A DNA stretch of 64,000 nt from an uncultured Planctomycetaceae bacterium (GCA_942492405.1 CALOES010000016.1:126970-190969), one strand, 5' to 3'. Shown: positions 27,287 to 36,358, counted from the first letter of the stretch. Notes: generated from the sequence alone by a model not told the origin. A program made the numbers and translations.

Positions 27287-27362
27287 CGTCGGTTAGCTCA
27301 GATGGCAGAGCACCAGAGTCACACTCTGGCTGTCACAGGTTCGACTCCTGTACCGACCACCA
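27287..27362 (+). tRNA. tRNA-Val (anticodon CAC), CCA encoded, with an unusual C1-C72 mismatch
   Basis: CGTCGGTTAGCTCAGATGGCAGAGCACCAGAGTCACACTCTGGCTGTCACAGGTTCGACTCCTGTACCGACCACCA. D-arm GCTC/GAGC with GG. Anticodon stem CCAGA/TCTGG, loop GTCACAC. T-arm ACAGG-TTCGACT-CCTGT. Acceptor has 6 of 7 pairs. Confidence 0.75.
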
Positions 27363-27879
27363 ACCCGTCGGCTGGTAACCGACCAACCCCCTTGGGTCGT
27401 ACGACGCTAAAACGAGCGTCTCACGAAGCCGGAAGGAGGCAGACGTTTGTTAGATCAGCCAAGGCATGTCACCTGGATTCGCTGATGCATTGCGAGTGCG
27501 ATGCGACAGCAAAGAATTCGGGACCATGCCAAGGCAGCATGAAGCGACGCTTTGTAGTACATGGTGATCGCGACGAAAGAGGCTGGCTGGAGACCGGAGG
27601 CAGGAGGATGGGCTGACCAGTTCGAGCAATCGACTGCAAGCCATCCCATCGCGCCGGCCGATGGCCTTCCAATTCGTCCCGACCCCGCACTCCGCGATTC
27701 GCCCGTGTGATTTGCAGACGTTCTGCCTTCGGATGGTGCCTCACGGCTCGAAACTGGGAGGAATTGGAACGGAATCGCCGTAGCGGAACTCGTGAGAGTT
27801 TCGACTGCGTTGCATGGCCGGAAGTCTCACGACTTCCGCTACTGCGTCGCAAGCCGGTACACCTGATGAACCGTATGCC

Positions 27880-28443
27880 TTACAGCTCGAAATAGCCGAC
27901 AAGGTGATACGACAGCGTCATGGTTCTTGGAACGACAACGTCTTCAGAGAGTTCGTAAACCGCCATTGAAGGCTCGCTACCGTCAAATTCGAACCGGTCT
28001 CGATTCCGCACTTTGAGGAATGCACCTTCCAAGGGAGGAGTATCCACAATCAACGAGAGGACTCGCACGTTGTTCTGCGGGTCAAGCCGCGCGACCAGGT
28101 ACCATTTGTTTTCGTCAATCACAAGGTCTGAGGCTGGAAACTTTACCAGTTCATCGTCGACCTTGGTCAGGACAGTTGGCGTGGAGACAAGGACATCACT
28201 GCCCGGCACCAGGAAGACGGACAGACTGAGAAGACCCTCTTGAACGTCACGAGCGAATCGTCGCTGAAGCCCATGATGAATGTGCGTTCGCGTCTGTGGC
28301 CCAAACATTGCGCCATAATCCGGCTCGGCGTCCTCCGCCGGTGCATCGTCGCAGCCGGCAGTATGCGAGGTAGAACTGAACGCAGCACCAACAAGCAGTG
28401 CGAGCGTGAAAGGCATGGCCACAAGCTGCCAGCGACCAGTCAT
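27880..28443 (-). CDS. Hypothetical lipoprotein
   Basis: Start at the ATG preceded by GGAGG (6-nt spacer). MTGRWQLVAMPFTLALLVGAAFSSTSHTAGC (lipobox). No recognisable catalytic motif. Confidence 0.55.
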   Translation of the reverse strand: MTGRWQLVAMPFTLALLVGAAFSSTSHTAGCDDAPAEDAEPDYGAMFGPQTRTHIHHGLQRRFARDVQEGLLSLSVFLVPGSDVLVSTPTVLTKVDDELVKFPASDLVIDENKWYLVARLDPQNNVRVLSLIVDTPPLEGAFLKVRNRDRFEFDGSEPSMAVYELSEDVVVPRTMTLSYHLVGYFEL

Positions 28444-28492
28444 GCTAACCTCCATCGGTTTCTGAACATGGCTTGAAAACTCCAGGCAGACC

Positions 28493-29065
28493 CTACTCAA
28501 TCTCATCCGGCTCGGCGAGAACTTCGTCGAGCAGTGCGGTCAGCTCCAGCCTCTTTGCAAACTCTCGAACTTGAGTCACTTCGTCGTCACTTGCTCCCAG
28601 CATCAACTGTCGAATATCGCGCCGGCTCTTGTGGCTTCCTTTGCTGATCCACACCAGCTTGGAAGCGACCACATCTGGCCGCGAAGCGATTGGGAACTTC
28701 AATCCCGATATAAGCTCCACCCAAACTGATCGATCGAGTGCTCCCTCAACGAGTTCGCGCGGGTAGAGATCAACCTTGAGACATTCCTGCGAATCGATGA
28801 TCTGGAACATCCGGCCTCGACTTGCCGCGTCTCGGATCGTCGCCTCGTTTGCAACGTATTTGAGTTCTTGTACGCCTTCGATGAATTGGTCGAGGTTTGA
28901 CCGAAGCTGATCGGGATCGATGACAAGATCGGCATCCTGCGTCAACCGCGGCTCTGCGTAGAAGATGGCGACGAGTCCTCCGGTCAACTGATAGCGAATC
29001 CCGCATTGCTCCAGCAGTTCCGCCACTTGCTTCAAGACCGGAAAGAACACTTCAGGATTGAACAT
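28493..29065 (-). CDS. Pol-beta-type nucleotidyltransferase-fold protein (toxin-like component of a 2-gene module)
   Basis: 190 aa. YQLTGGLVAIFYAEPRLTQDADLVID fits the hG[GS]-x(9-13)-DhD nucleotidyltransferase signature. Overlaps the upstream small ORF by 14 nt. Confidence 0.6.
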   Translation of the reverse strand: MFNPEVFFPVLKQVAELLEQCGIRYQLTGGLVAIFYAEPRLTQDADLVIDPDQLRSNLDQFIEGVQELKYVANEATIRDAASRGRMFQIIDSQECLKVDLYPRELVEGALDRSVWVELISGLKFPIASRPDVVASKLVWISKGSHKSRRDIRQLMLGASDDEVTQVREFAKRLELTALLDEVLAEPDEIE

Positions 29066-29288
29066 CGCGGAGCTTTCCTTCGATCAATTCCCGCGTTCTT
29101 CGATCACCGCCATACTGCCGCAAAGCCACTTCCCACTTGAGCCGTTCCTCGGAAATGTCTCCCAGCTTCTCTCGAAGCTGCCGGGCGTACAAATCACGCA
29201 CCCAAAACAACATCTCATGCATCCGCCGGAACTTCTCCGCCGGCGTCATGGCCGCGATACGTTGTTGATAGACTTCTTCCACCAGTGA
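29052..29288 (-). CDS. Small protein (about 79 aa), candidate antitoxin/partner of the downstream nucleotidyltransferase-fold protein
   Basis: Start at internal MSLVEEVYQQRIAAMTPAEKFRRMHEMLFWVRDLYARQLREKLG... The upstream part of the 120-aa track ORF runs into the repeat region and is unlikely to be coding. Helical and charged, with no catalytic motif. Confidence 0.45.
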   Translation of the reverse strand, partial: SLVEEVYQQRIAAMTPAEKFRRMHEMLFWVRDLYARQLREKLGDISEERLKWEVALRQYGGDRRTRELIEGKLRDVQS

Positions 29289-29397
29289 CATGGAGTGCTC
29301 CTGCAGGGCATCATACCAGTCTCTTGAGGTCGGAGAAACGAGGTGAGTCAGAAGATGGGAATCACGTGAATGAATACGAAAAGATGATGGATTCAGA

Positions 29398-29573
29398 CTC
29401 TCCCTCTCCCCCACTGAGAATTGTCATTCGCGACAATGCATTGCCGTGGGGGAGAGGGCGGGGTGAGGGGCGCAAGTTCGACGCCGTCCTCCAGACCCCT
29501 CACCCCATCCCTCTCCCCCGCTGGAGACCTCAGATTGAATCGGCAGTAATCAGCGGGGGAGAGGGAGAGGGGG
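29398..29573. repeat. Triple GC-rich stem-loop element (nested REP/MITE-like palindromes), same arm family as 11183-11246
   Basis: SL1: CTCTCCCTCTCCCCCAC (29398-29414) / GTGGGGGAGAGGG (29446-29458), loop contains the 10-bp palindrome CAATGCATTG. SL2: GGGGTGAGGGG (29460-29470) / CCCCTCACCCC (29496-29506). SL3: CCCTCTCCCCCGCTG (29509-29523) / CAGCGGGGGAGAGGG (29551-29565), perfect 15 bp. Confidence 0.7.
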
Positions 29574-29672
29574 TAAGAATGCTTGACGCATACGTGAAGA
29601 TCACATGAGGATGATCCCTCCAAATCGTTGGCAAACTGCTCACGAACGCTCCATTTGCGGCGTACAACGTGC

Positions 29673-30749
29673 ATGAGAGATTCCGACTCCAACCAGATCG
29701 ACCGACACCAGGCAGTTCTCGGTTGTCTGATTGGCACCGCAGTCGGGGATGCGCTGGGACTCCCCTACGAAGGGTTGTCACCAAGGCGGGCCGAGCGGCT
29801 GCTGGGGCCGTCGGTTCGACATCGCCTTCTGTTCGGACGCGGCATGCTCTCCGACGACACCGAACACACCTGCATGGTGCTGCAGAGTCTTCTGGTTGCT
29901 GATGGAGATGTCGATCTCTTTCAACGGGATCTGTGTTCGCGGCTCCGATGGTGGCTCTTGTCGCTGCCGGCGGGAACGGGGCTGGCGACTGCACGAGCCA
30001 TCTTTAAGTTGTGGTTCGGGTTCTCTCCTCCCTCCAGCGGCGTGTTCTCTGCGGGAAACGGACCCGCGATGAGGTCGGCGATTCTCGGTGTGATGCTGCC
30101 ACTCGATCGGATCAAGGAGTTCGTTACGGCCAGCACGGAGATCACACATTCCGATCCCAAGGCACGCTGGGGCGCAATGGCGGTCGCACTCGCAGCCCAT
30201 GTTGCCTCGCTCGGTCGGCCGGTCGTTGCAAGTGAATACCTCTTATTGCTGAAGGCTCAATTGGAGTCGGAACCGGTGGAAGAGTTTCTGGAGTTGATGA
30301 GGCGTGCCGTTGCGAGTATCGACCAGTTTGAATCGACATCAACATTCAGCGCGAGCACATTGTCAGCGCGCGGTGTCTCCGGCTACGTCTATCAGACTGT
30401 GCCAATTGCTATTCATGCGTGGTTGCGGCATCAACACGATTATCGAGCGGCGATTGAGGATGTCATTCGCTGCGGCGGTGATACAGATACGACGGCAGCC
30501 ATCGTCGGTGGAATCATCGGTGCGGCAACTGGTCCATCGGGTATCCCTGAAGCATGGCGGCGGGGAATTTGCGATTGGCCGCTGACGATGGGATGGCTTG
30601 AGAAACTTGCCGTCGTTGCCACACACGACTTGCCTCTGGAGTGGAAGAACGTACCCAGGCTTCCCTTCTTTAGAAGGTTGCTGAGGAACCTCATCTTCCT
30701 GCCGATCGTGTTGGCCCACGGGTTTGGCCGACTCGCACCGCCCTATTGA
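29673..30749 (+). CDS. ADP-ribosylglycohydrolase family protein (DraG/ARH-like)
   Basis: Start at MRDSDSNQIDRHQAVLGCLIGTAVGDALGLPYEG; LSDDTEHTCMVLQSLL; C-terminal GGDTDTTAAIVGGIIGAATG. These are the Mg-binding D/T-rich motifs of the ARH family. C-terminal hydrophobic tail. Confidence 0.85.
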   Translation: MRDSDSNQIDRHQAVLGCLIGTAVGDALGLPYEGLSPRRAERLLGPSVRHRLLFGRGMLSDDTEHTCMVLQSLLVADGDVDLFQRDLCSRLRWWLLSLPAGTGLATARAIFKLWFGFSPPSSGVFSAGNGPAMRSAILGVMLPLDRIKEFVTASTEITHSDPKARWGAMAVALAAHVASLGRPVVASEYLLLLKAQLESEPVEEFLELMRRAVASIDQFESTSTFSASTLSARGVSGYVYQTVPIAIHAWLRHQHDYRAAIEDVIRCGGDTDTTAAIVGGIIGAATGPSGIPEAWRRGICDWPLTMGWLEKLAVVATHDLPLEWKNVPRLPFFRRLLRNLIFLPIVLAHGFGRLAPPY

Positions 30750-30836
30750 AGTGACTTTGCAAACCACGCGAAGGCTTTCAGTCCGGAGTGACGTCGATAA
30801 TGCCGCGAGGGATGGCGAACGCCTGTCAGCGAACCG

Positions 30837-31358
30837 TCACTCTGACTCGAATCGGACCAGCCCGACGTATGCAGGCAAGCGGCCTTGTCTCCTGAGTTCT
30901 GCGGACGTCATCGACTCATATCGAAGAGGAACAGCGACCGTGCCGTACCCATCTGCGGAAACGAGCAACCAGTACCACCGTGTATGCGCATGGGTCTGCG
31001 GCCTTTCATAATTGGCACCTGTCCGGAACTCATGATCAATCGTCGCCATGCCTGAGTCATTCGTCGTTGCCGCGATGCCGTCCATCGCCTGCAGCCCTGG
31101 CGAGATTCTCTCCGTATACTCGTGAAGCTGAAACTCACCAGTCGCGGGTGGTGCCCAGACGATCGCGACATCGGCGCCCTCGATCGGCGCGGCGGTCATC
31201 GCATCGAACACCACGATATCAACAGGAATGGTCACCGATCCGCTCGATGCCCACTTAACGGGTGGTAGAAGCAACGCGACCAGAATGGCAACGATGGCGA
31301 TGAGAATCAGCCATTCAATCAAAGTCTTGGGCCAAACTTTCTGCAGGAAAGTCCTCAT
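30837..31358 (-). CDS. Hypothetical protein with prepilin-like N-terminal hydrophobic segment
   Basis: Start at MRTFLQKVWPKTLIEWLILIAIVAILVALLLPP (similar to the N-methylation-type TLIEL motif). 174 aa. The rest has no recognised motif. Confidence 0.5.
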   Translation of the reverse strand: MRTFLQKVWPKTLIEWLILIAIVAILVALLLPPVKWASSGSVTIPVDIVVFDAMTAAPIEGADVAIVWAPPATGEFQLHEYTERISPGLQAMDGIAATTNDSGMATIDHEFRTGANYERPQTHAHTRWYWLLVSADGYGTVAVPLRYESMTSAELRRQGRLPAYVGLVRFESE

Positions 31359-31441
31359 CCTCGCCTTCTCCCAAGAATTCCTCTGAACCAAATCAGCATC
31401 TTCCTGGTCATTGTACCAGCAGTTAATACGAGAGGTGAGCA

Positions 31442-32560
31442 ATGTTCATGAAGCGTTACAAGATTCGCAGTTACGAAATGGGTCTGCTGTTCCGGGATGG
31501 TGAGTTCCGTGGACTGGTCGAGGCCGGCACGCGGTGGTTCTTCGATCCGTTGAACAAGATTCGCGTCGACATTTTGTCTCAGCGTGATCCGTGGATCGCT
31601 CACGAGAAGCTCGACCTGATCGTCAAGTCGGGTGCGCTCGCCGAGCGCGCTGTTGTTCTGGACCTCAAGGACCACGAGCGGGCGCTGGTCTGGATCGAGA
31701 ATCGGTTCAGTCATGTTTTGCCGGCGGGTCTGTATGCCTGGTGGACGGGCCAGAAGAATGTTCGCGTCGAAGTGATCGATGCCCGCAATGTGCGGTTCGA
31801 GCACGATGAGCTGAAGGTCATCACGCGGTCGCCGACGGCTCAGCGGGTCCTCGATGTCTACGCGGTCAATCGCGACCGTGTCGGCGTGTTGTTCATCGAT
31901 GGTCGGTACATCGACACACTGACTCCCGGTCTGTACGCCTTCTGGAAGGGTCAGTCGGATGCCAAGGTGGTCGAGATCGACCTGCGGGAGACGATGGTCG
32001 ATGTCGGCGGTCAGGAAATCATGACGGCCGACAAGGTGACGCTGCGGCTGAATGCCGTCGTCACCTACAAGATCGACGACGCCCGTAAGGCCGTCAGTCA
32101 GACCGACGATGTGCGGCAGGCACTCTATCGCGAGACGCAGCTTGTGCTGCGAGGCGTGATCGGTGCCCGCGAACTCGATGCCTTCCTGACGGAGAAGGAT
32201 GCTGTCGCGAAGGAGATCGAGGACAACGTGCGTCGTCGGGCGAGTGAACTGGGTCTTTCGATCGCTTCGGTCGGTATTCGCGATGTCATCCTGCCGGGCG
32301 ATATGAAGGACTTGATGAACAAGGTGACCGAGGCCAAGAAGGCGGCCGAGGCCAACCTGATCGCCCGACGTGAGGAGACGGCGGCCATGCGGTCGCAGGC
32401 CAACACGGCCAAGCTGCTGGCGGACAACCCGGTCCTGATGCGGCTGCGCGAGCTGGAAGTTGTCGAAAAGATCGCCGCCACCGGCAAGCTCAACATCGTT
32501 CTGGGCGAGAAGTCGCCCGGCGAGAAGGGCATCGTCGACAAGGTGGTCAACCTGGTGTGA
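31442..32560 (+). CDS. SPFH/Band-7 (stomatin/prohibitin-like) domain protein
   Basis: 372 aa. KVTLRLNAVVTYKIDDARKAV...LVLRGVIGARELDAFLTEKDAVAKEIEDNVRRRASELGLSIASVGIRDVILPGDMKDLMNKVTEAKKAAEANLIARREE: typical SPFH core plus coiled-coil. Confidence 0.85.
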   Translation: MFMKRYKIRSYEMGLLFRDGEFRGLVEAGTRWFFDPLNKIRVDILSQRDPWIAHEKLDLIVKSGALAERAVVLDLKDHERALVWIENRFSHVLPAGLYAWWTGQKNVRVEVIDARNVRFEHDELKVITRSPTAQRVLDVYAVNRDRVGVLFIDGRYIDTLTPGLYAFWKGQSDAKVVEIDLRETMVDVGGQEIMTADKVTLRLNAVVTYKIDDARKAVSQTDDVRQALYRETQLVLRGVIGARELDAFLTEKDAVAKEIEDNVRRRASELGLSIASVGIRDVILPGDMKDLMNKVTEAKKAAEANLIARREETAAMRSQANTAKLLADNPVLMRLRELEVVEKIAATGKLNIVLGEKSPGEKGIVDKVVNLV

Positions 32561-32582
32561 TCGCCACGGCAGGTCAAGCATG

Positions 32583-32620
32583 CACCCCTGGTTCGAGTGA
32601 TCGGACCAGGGGTGTTTTTC
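32583..32620 (+). terminator. Rho-independent terminator after the SPFH gene
   Basis: cacccctgg-(14 nt)-ccaggggtg followed by ttttt, 23 nt after the stop codon. Confidence 0.7.
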
Positions 32621-32739
32621 GTCAAGAGCCGCGCCCAATGGAAGCGGAATACGCGTAGATCGCTCAGAAACCACTTCCTTCGCTCGCGGCTCCTTGAGAG
32701 CAACAAACCGCTCTCTGACTCACCGATCACCCATTCGCA

Positions 32740-33420
32740 CTACTCACAGGGAGGTAATTCGCCATACATCGCTTCAAAGTGGTGCGCGCGACAGAAGACT
32801 GCATACTGGATGCGATCCTCGTGGCACTTCTCTCTACGGCACATCTCTCCGGGAACAGTCTCGAACTTCTGGCACGTTTCCCAAACTTCCTCCAGAATCG
32901 CTCGATGGTGTGAGTCATGATCGACTTCAAAGGCGACCGGGCCTGTTGGACTGCGCAAGTAGTCTTCAACGATTCTCAATGTACGTTTCGCGCGGGAGTC
33001 GAGGGTGTCCAAGTCATGTTGCTCCCTGGGGAACATCGGTGCATAGACAGAATACTTTCCTGGGTGTGGCTGCGATCGAACTTCGTCGATTTGCCGAAGT
33101 AGTTGAGGTCCGAGTCGATACGGCAGAACAGCGATGCACTGTTGCACGCCATCGTCAGTGCAACCGTCCAAATAGCTCATCACCCTTGGGAAAACTTCCG
33201 CGTCGAGAATCAGCCCTTTCTCCCAGCACGTCGCCAGCTTGCGACATGCTTCAACCGATCTGGCGTCCTTGAGAGGCAGATTCATGTGCAGCGCGCCCAG
33301 AGTCTTCACCGTTAACGGTACCGGTTCGCTCTCTATCATGGACTGGTAACGCTGCCGACGCAATACTCGAAAACGATCTGCCAGCGTTTCAAGAACACGT
33401 TGGCCAACTTGAACCATCAA
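32740..33420 (-). CDS. Hypothetical protein (His/Cys-rich C-terminus)
   Basis: 226-aa ORF divergent from priA. C-terminal ...EVDHDSHHRAILEEVWETCQKF...CRREKCHEDRIQYAVFCRAHHFE suggests metal binding. No confident family assignment. Confidence 0.4.
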   Translation of the reverse strand: MMVQVGQRVLETLADRFRVLRRQRYQSMIESEPVPLTVKTLGALHMNLPLKDARSVEACRKLATCWEKGLILDAEVFPRVMSYLDGCTDDGVQQCIAVLPYRLGPQLLRQIDEVRSQPHPGKYSVYAPMFPREQHDLDTLDSRAKRTLRIVEDYLRSPTGPVAFEVDHDSHHRAILEEVWETCQKFETVPGEMCRREKCHEDRIQYAVFCRAHHFEAMYGELPPCE

Positions 33421-33457
33421 CTACTGAATTGAAGACACGTTTCTCTCCTCCCCTTCC

Positions 33458-35734
33458 ATGCCCAGTTCGCTCTTTGATGACGATGACGCGCCCACGGAGT
33501 GGGAAATCGCCGCCGAAGCCGACCGCACGATTGCGAAGATCGTCTTCAGTCAGCCGCCGGATGATGTGTTCGAGTATGTTGTCCCCGAGCCGCTGCGGGA
33601 GCTGATTCAGCCCGGTCAGCGCGTGAAGGTTCCGCTGGGGCGCGGGAATCGCATGGTCACCGGATACTGCGTCGATGTCACATCGCAACCCGAGACGAGT
33701 CGCAGGCTGAAGGAGGTTGCCGAGGTTCGCGACCGCAGACCTCTGCTGACGCGGGAGATGCTCGATCTCACCCGCTGGATCGCGGACCGCTATCTGTGTA
33801 CCTGGGGGCAAGTGCTGGAAAGCGTTATCCCTGCAGGCGTCAAGAAGCAGGCGGGGACACGAGAGATCGTCTGCTATCAACTCATTCAAACGGCGAACGG
33901 AGCGGCCACAAAGAAGTTGCCGAAGAAACAACAGGCCGTGATTGACGTACTGTCGGGCGAGACAGAGCCGATGCCCGTCGGCGAGTTGACCGAGAAGGCC
34001 GATTGCGGGACGGCACCGATACAGGCACTGGTCGAGAAGCAGCTCATCCGCGCGATGCGAGTTCGCAAGGACTGGTTCAATATTGACGACGCTCCCGTCG
34101 CGAAGCAGGTCGACCTCACTCTCAATCCCGAACAGCGCGGGGCGGTAGATGAGATCGTTCGCTCTCTCCGCAACAGCGAGCATCGCACTCTGCTGTTGCA
34201 CGGCGTCACCGGGAGCGGCAAGACCGAGGTCTACATACAGGCGATTCGTGAAGTTGTCAGTTACGGAAAACAGGCGATCGTGTTGGTGCCTGAGATCAGC
34301 CTTACTCCACAAACGATCCGCCGGTTCCGCTGCCGGTTCGATTCGGTCGCAGTGTTGCACAGTCATCTGAGCGACTCTGAGCGTCACTACCACTGGCAAC
34401 AGATTCAGAATGGTGATGTGCAGGTAATCGTCGGTGCCCGCAGCGCCATCTTTGCTCCCACGAAGCGTTTGGGACTGATCGTGATCGATGAAGAACACGA
34501 AACGACGTTCAAGCAACAGACGAACCCGCGCTACCATGCGCGAGATGTCGCCCGCGAACGCGCCCGCAGAGAATCGATCCCACTCGTGCTCGGTTCCGCG
34601 ACGCCGACATTGGAGTCGCTGCAGCGTTCGAAGGACGGTCATGATGTGCTGCTCAGGCTCACTCACCGGGTCGAACATCGACCGCTGCCGCCGGTCGTGC
34701 TGGTCGATGTGCGGAATGATCCAGTGGTGACGAAGGGGCATTCCATCGGCAGGGCCTTGCAGTCATCAATGAGTCTCGCCCTCAAAGAAGGGGGACAAGT
34801 CATTCTGTTCCTCAATCTGCGTGGCTATTCGACCGTGCTGTGGTGCGCGAAGTGCGGTCAGGGAGTGCGGTGTCCGCAGTGCGACATCACCCTCACCTGG
34901 CATCGGGACCGCAAGAAGGTGCTGTGTCATAGCTGCGAGCATGAAGCCGACCCTTACACAGCCTGTCCCCATTGTGCTCAACCCGGCTTGCGCTACTTCG
35001 GAGCCGGGACGCAGCGTCTCGAAGATGAAGTCAAAGCGAAGTTCGCCGACTATCGAGTGCTGCGGATGGACAGCGACTCGATGAAAAAGCCCGGCAGCCA
35101 TGATGAGGCTCTTTCAAAGTTTCGCGATGGCGAGGTCGATATTCTGCTTGGCACGCAGATGATCGCCAAGGGACTCGACTTTCCCAACGTTACGTTGGTC
35201 GGCGTCGTCGATGCCGACACGATTCTGCATCAACCTGATCTGCGTGCTTCCGAGCGAACCTTTCAACTCATCGCCCAAGTGGCGGGTCGTACGGGGCGCG
35301 GAGACCGTGTGGGGCGTGTCTTCGTGCAGACTTGCTGTCCCGATGAGCCCGTCATCAAGCTGGCGGCGCAGCATGACTACTTCACATTCGCCGAGATGGA
35401 ACTCAAACACCGCAAGGAACGAACCGCTCCGCCCTTCGCCGCCCTGGCCCGTGTGATTGTCCGTTCCCCATCCGAACAGCAGGCCCATCAGGAGGCCGCC
35501 AACCTCGCCGATCGGTTTCGTGCAGAGATTGCTGGCCTGTCGCTCCCGATCAAACTCATCGGCCCTGCCCCCTGCCCCATCACAAGACTTCGAGGGCAGC
35601 ACCGGTTTCATTTTCAGATGTCGACGACATCAGCCGAGACGTTTCAGATCCTGTGGCGCGAAGCGTCGCGAAAGATCAAACTTCCCGAAGGAGTGGAGTT
35701 TATGATTGATGTCGATCCGCTGGACATGCGGTGA
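33458..35734 (+). CDS. priA: Primosomal protein N' (replication restart helicase PriA)
   Basis: 758 aa. Walker A LLHGVTGSGKTEVY, DEEH box VIDEEHE. Cys4-Cys4 zinc-binding insertion (CAKCGQGVRCPQCD...CHSCEH...CPHCAQ). Helicase motif VI QVAGRTGRG. Confidence 0.92.
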   Translation: MPSSLFDDDDAPTEWEIAAEADRTIAKIVFSQPPDDVFEYVVPEPLRELIQPGQRVKVPLGRGNRMVTGYCVDVTSQPETSRRLKEVAEVRDRRPLLTREMLDLTRWIADRYLCTWGQVLESVIPAGVKKQAGTREIVCYQLIQTANGAATKKLPKKQQAVIDVLSGETEPMPVGELTEKADCGTAPIQALVEKQLIRAMRVRKDWFNIDDAPVAKQVDLTLNPEQRGAVDEIVRSLRNSEHRTLLLHGVTGSGKTEVYIQAIREVVSYGKQAIVLVPEISLTPQTIRRFRCRFDSVAVLHSHLSDSERHYHWQQIQNGDVQVIVGARSAIFAPTKRLGLIVIDEEHETTFKQQTNPRYHARDVARERARRESIPLVLGSATPTLESLQRSKDGHDVLLRLTHRVEHRPLPPVVLVDVRNDPVVTKGHSIGRALQSSMSLALKEGGQVILFLNLRGYSTVLWCAKCGQGVRCPQCDITLTWHRDRKKVLCHSCEHEADPYTACPHCAQPGLRYFGAGTQRLEDEVKAKFADYRVLRMDSDSMKKPGSHDEALSKFRDGEVDILLGTQMIAKGLDFPNVTLVGVVDADTILHQPDLRASERTFQLIAQVAGRTGRGDRVGRVFVQTCCPDEPVIKLAAQHDYFTFAEMELKHRKERTAPPFAALARVIVRSPSEQQAHQEAANLADRFRAEIAGLSLPIKLIGPAPCPITRLRGQHRFHFQMSTTSAETFQILWREASRKIKLPEGVEFMIDVDPLDMR

Positions 35735-35804
35735 CACGATTGATGAGGCCCCTTGATCACGGATTTTCCGGCCACTCGCCATTCACAACTCGCAACGCGC
35801 TCAC

Positions 35805-36326
35805 ATGCTCGACCTCTTCAAACACACGATCACTCAGCAATACACCGCGTCGCTCTGCACACTCGGAATGTGCATCGATCGCTGCCCCGATCAGTTGTGG
35901 CAGGCGAAGGTAGCGCGGTTTCCGTTTTCTCAGGCGGCCTTCCATACGTTGTTCTTTGCCGATCTGTACCTGTGCGAGAGCATCGAGGCCCAGAGACTGC
36001 TGCCGTTTCATATCGAACATGCCGCATGGTTCGCGGACTACGAACAGTTGGAACGGCGTGATCCAACATCGCTATACGAGCGAATCGACATTCAGCGTTA
36101 CCTGCAACATTGCCGTCGTCGAGCCGAAGAAGTGATGGCGGCCGAAACCGCCGAGTCGCTCGCGGCCGTCGCCAGCTTCTCGTGGCGACCGATCCCACGT
36201 GCAGAACTGCACGTCTACAACATTCGCCACATACAACACCACGCGGCTCAGCTCATTTTGAAGTTGAGGCTGGAGTCGGGCCTCGAATTCCCATGGATCG
36301 GCAGCGGGTGGCGGGAGTTTTGTTGA
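35805..36326 (+). CDS. DinB/YfiT-like (DinB_2) metal-dependent four-helix-bundle protein
   Basis: 173 aa. Conserved His triad context (FHTLFF...; YNIRHIQHHAAQL). Confidence 0.65.
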   Translation: MLDLFKHTITQQYTASLCTLGMCIDRCPDQLWQAKVARFPFSQAAFHTLFFADLYLCESIEAQRLLPFHIEHAAWFADYEQLERRDPTSLYERIDIQRYLQHCRRRAEEVMAAETAESLAAVASFSWRPIPRAELHVYNIRHIQHHAAQLILKLRLESGLEFPWIGSGWREFC

Positions 36327-36358
36327 ATGCTGTCCAACAAGGGGCAATGGATTCTTGA

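Noticed and set aside
27351-27375. Near-duplicate of the tRNA-Val 3' end as an integrase att site, and a mobile-element call
   Set aside because: Only 12/13 nt, directly adjacent rather than flanking an island, and no integrase, transposase or phage genes in the window. Kept as a finding to be checked by comparative alignment but not annotated as a mobile element.
31355-32674. 439-aa - strand ORF and the 201-aa ORF at 32125..32730
   Set aside because: Antisense to the SPFH gene, which has a canonical Band-7 sequence. They also run through its terminator.
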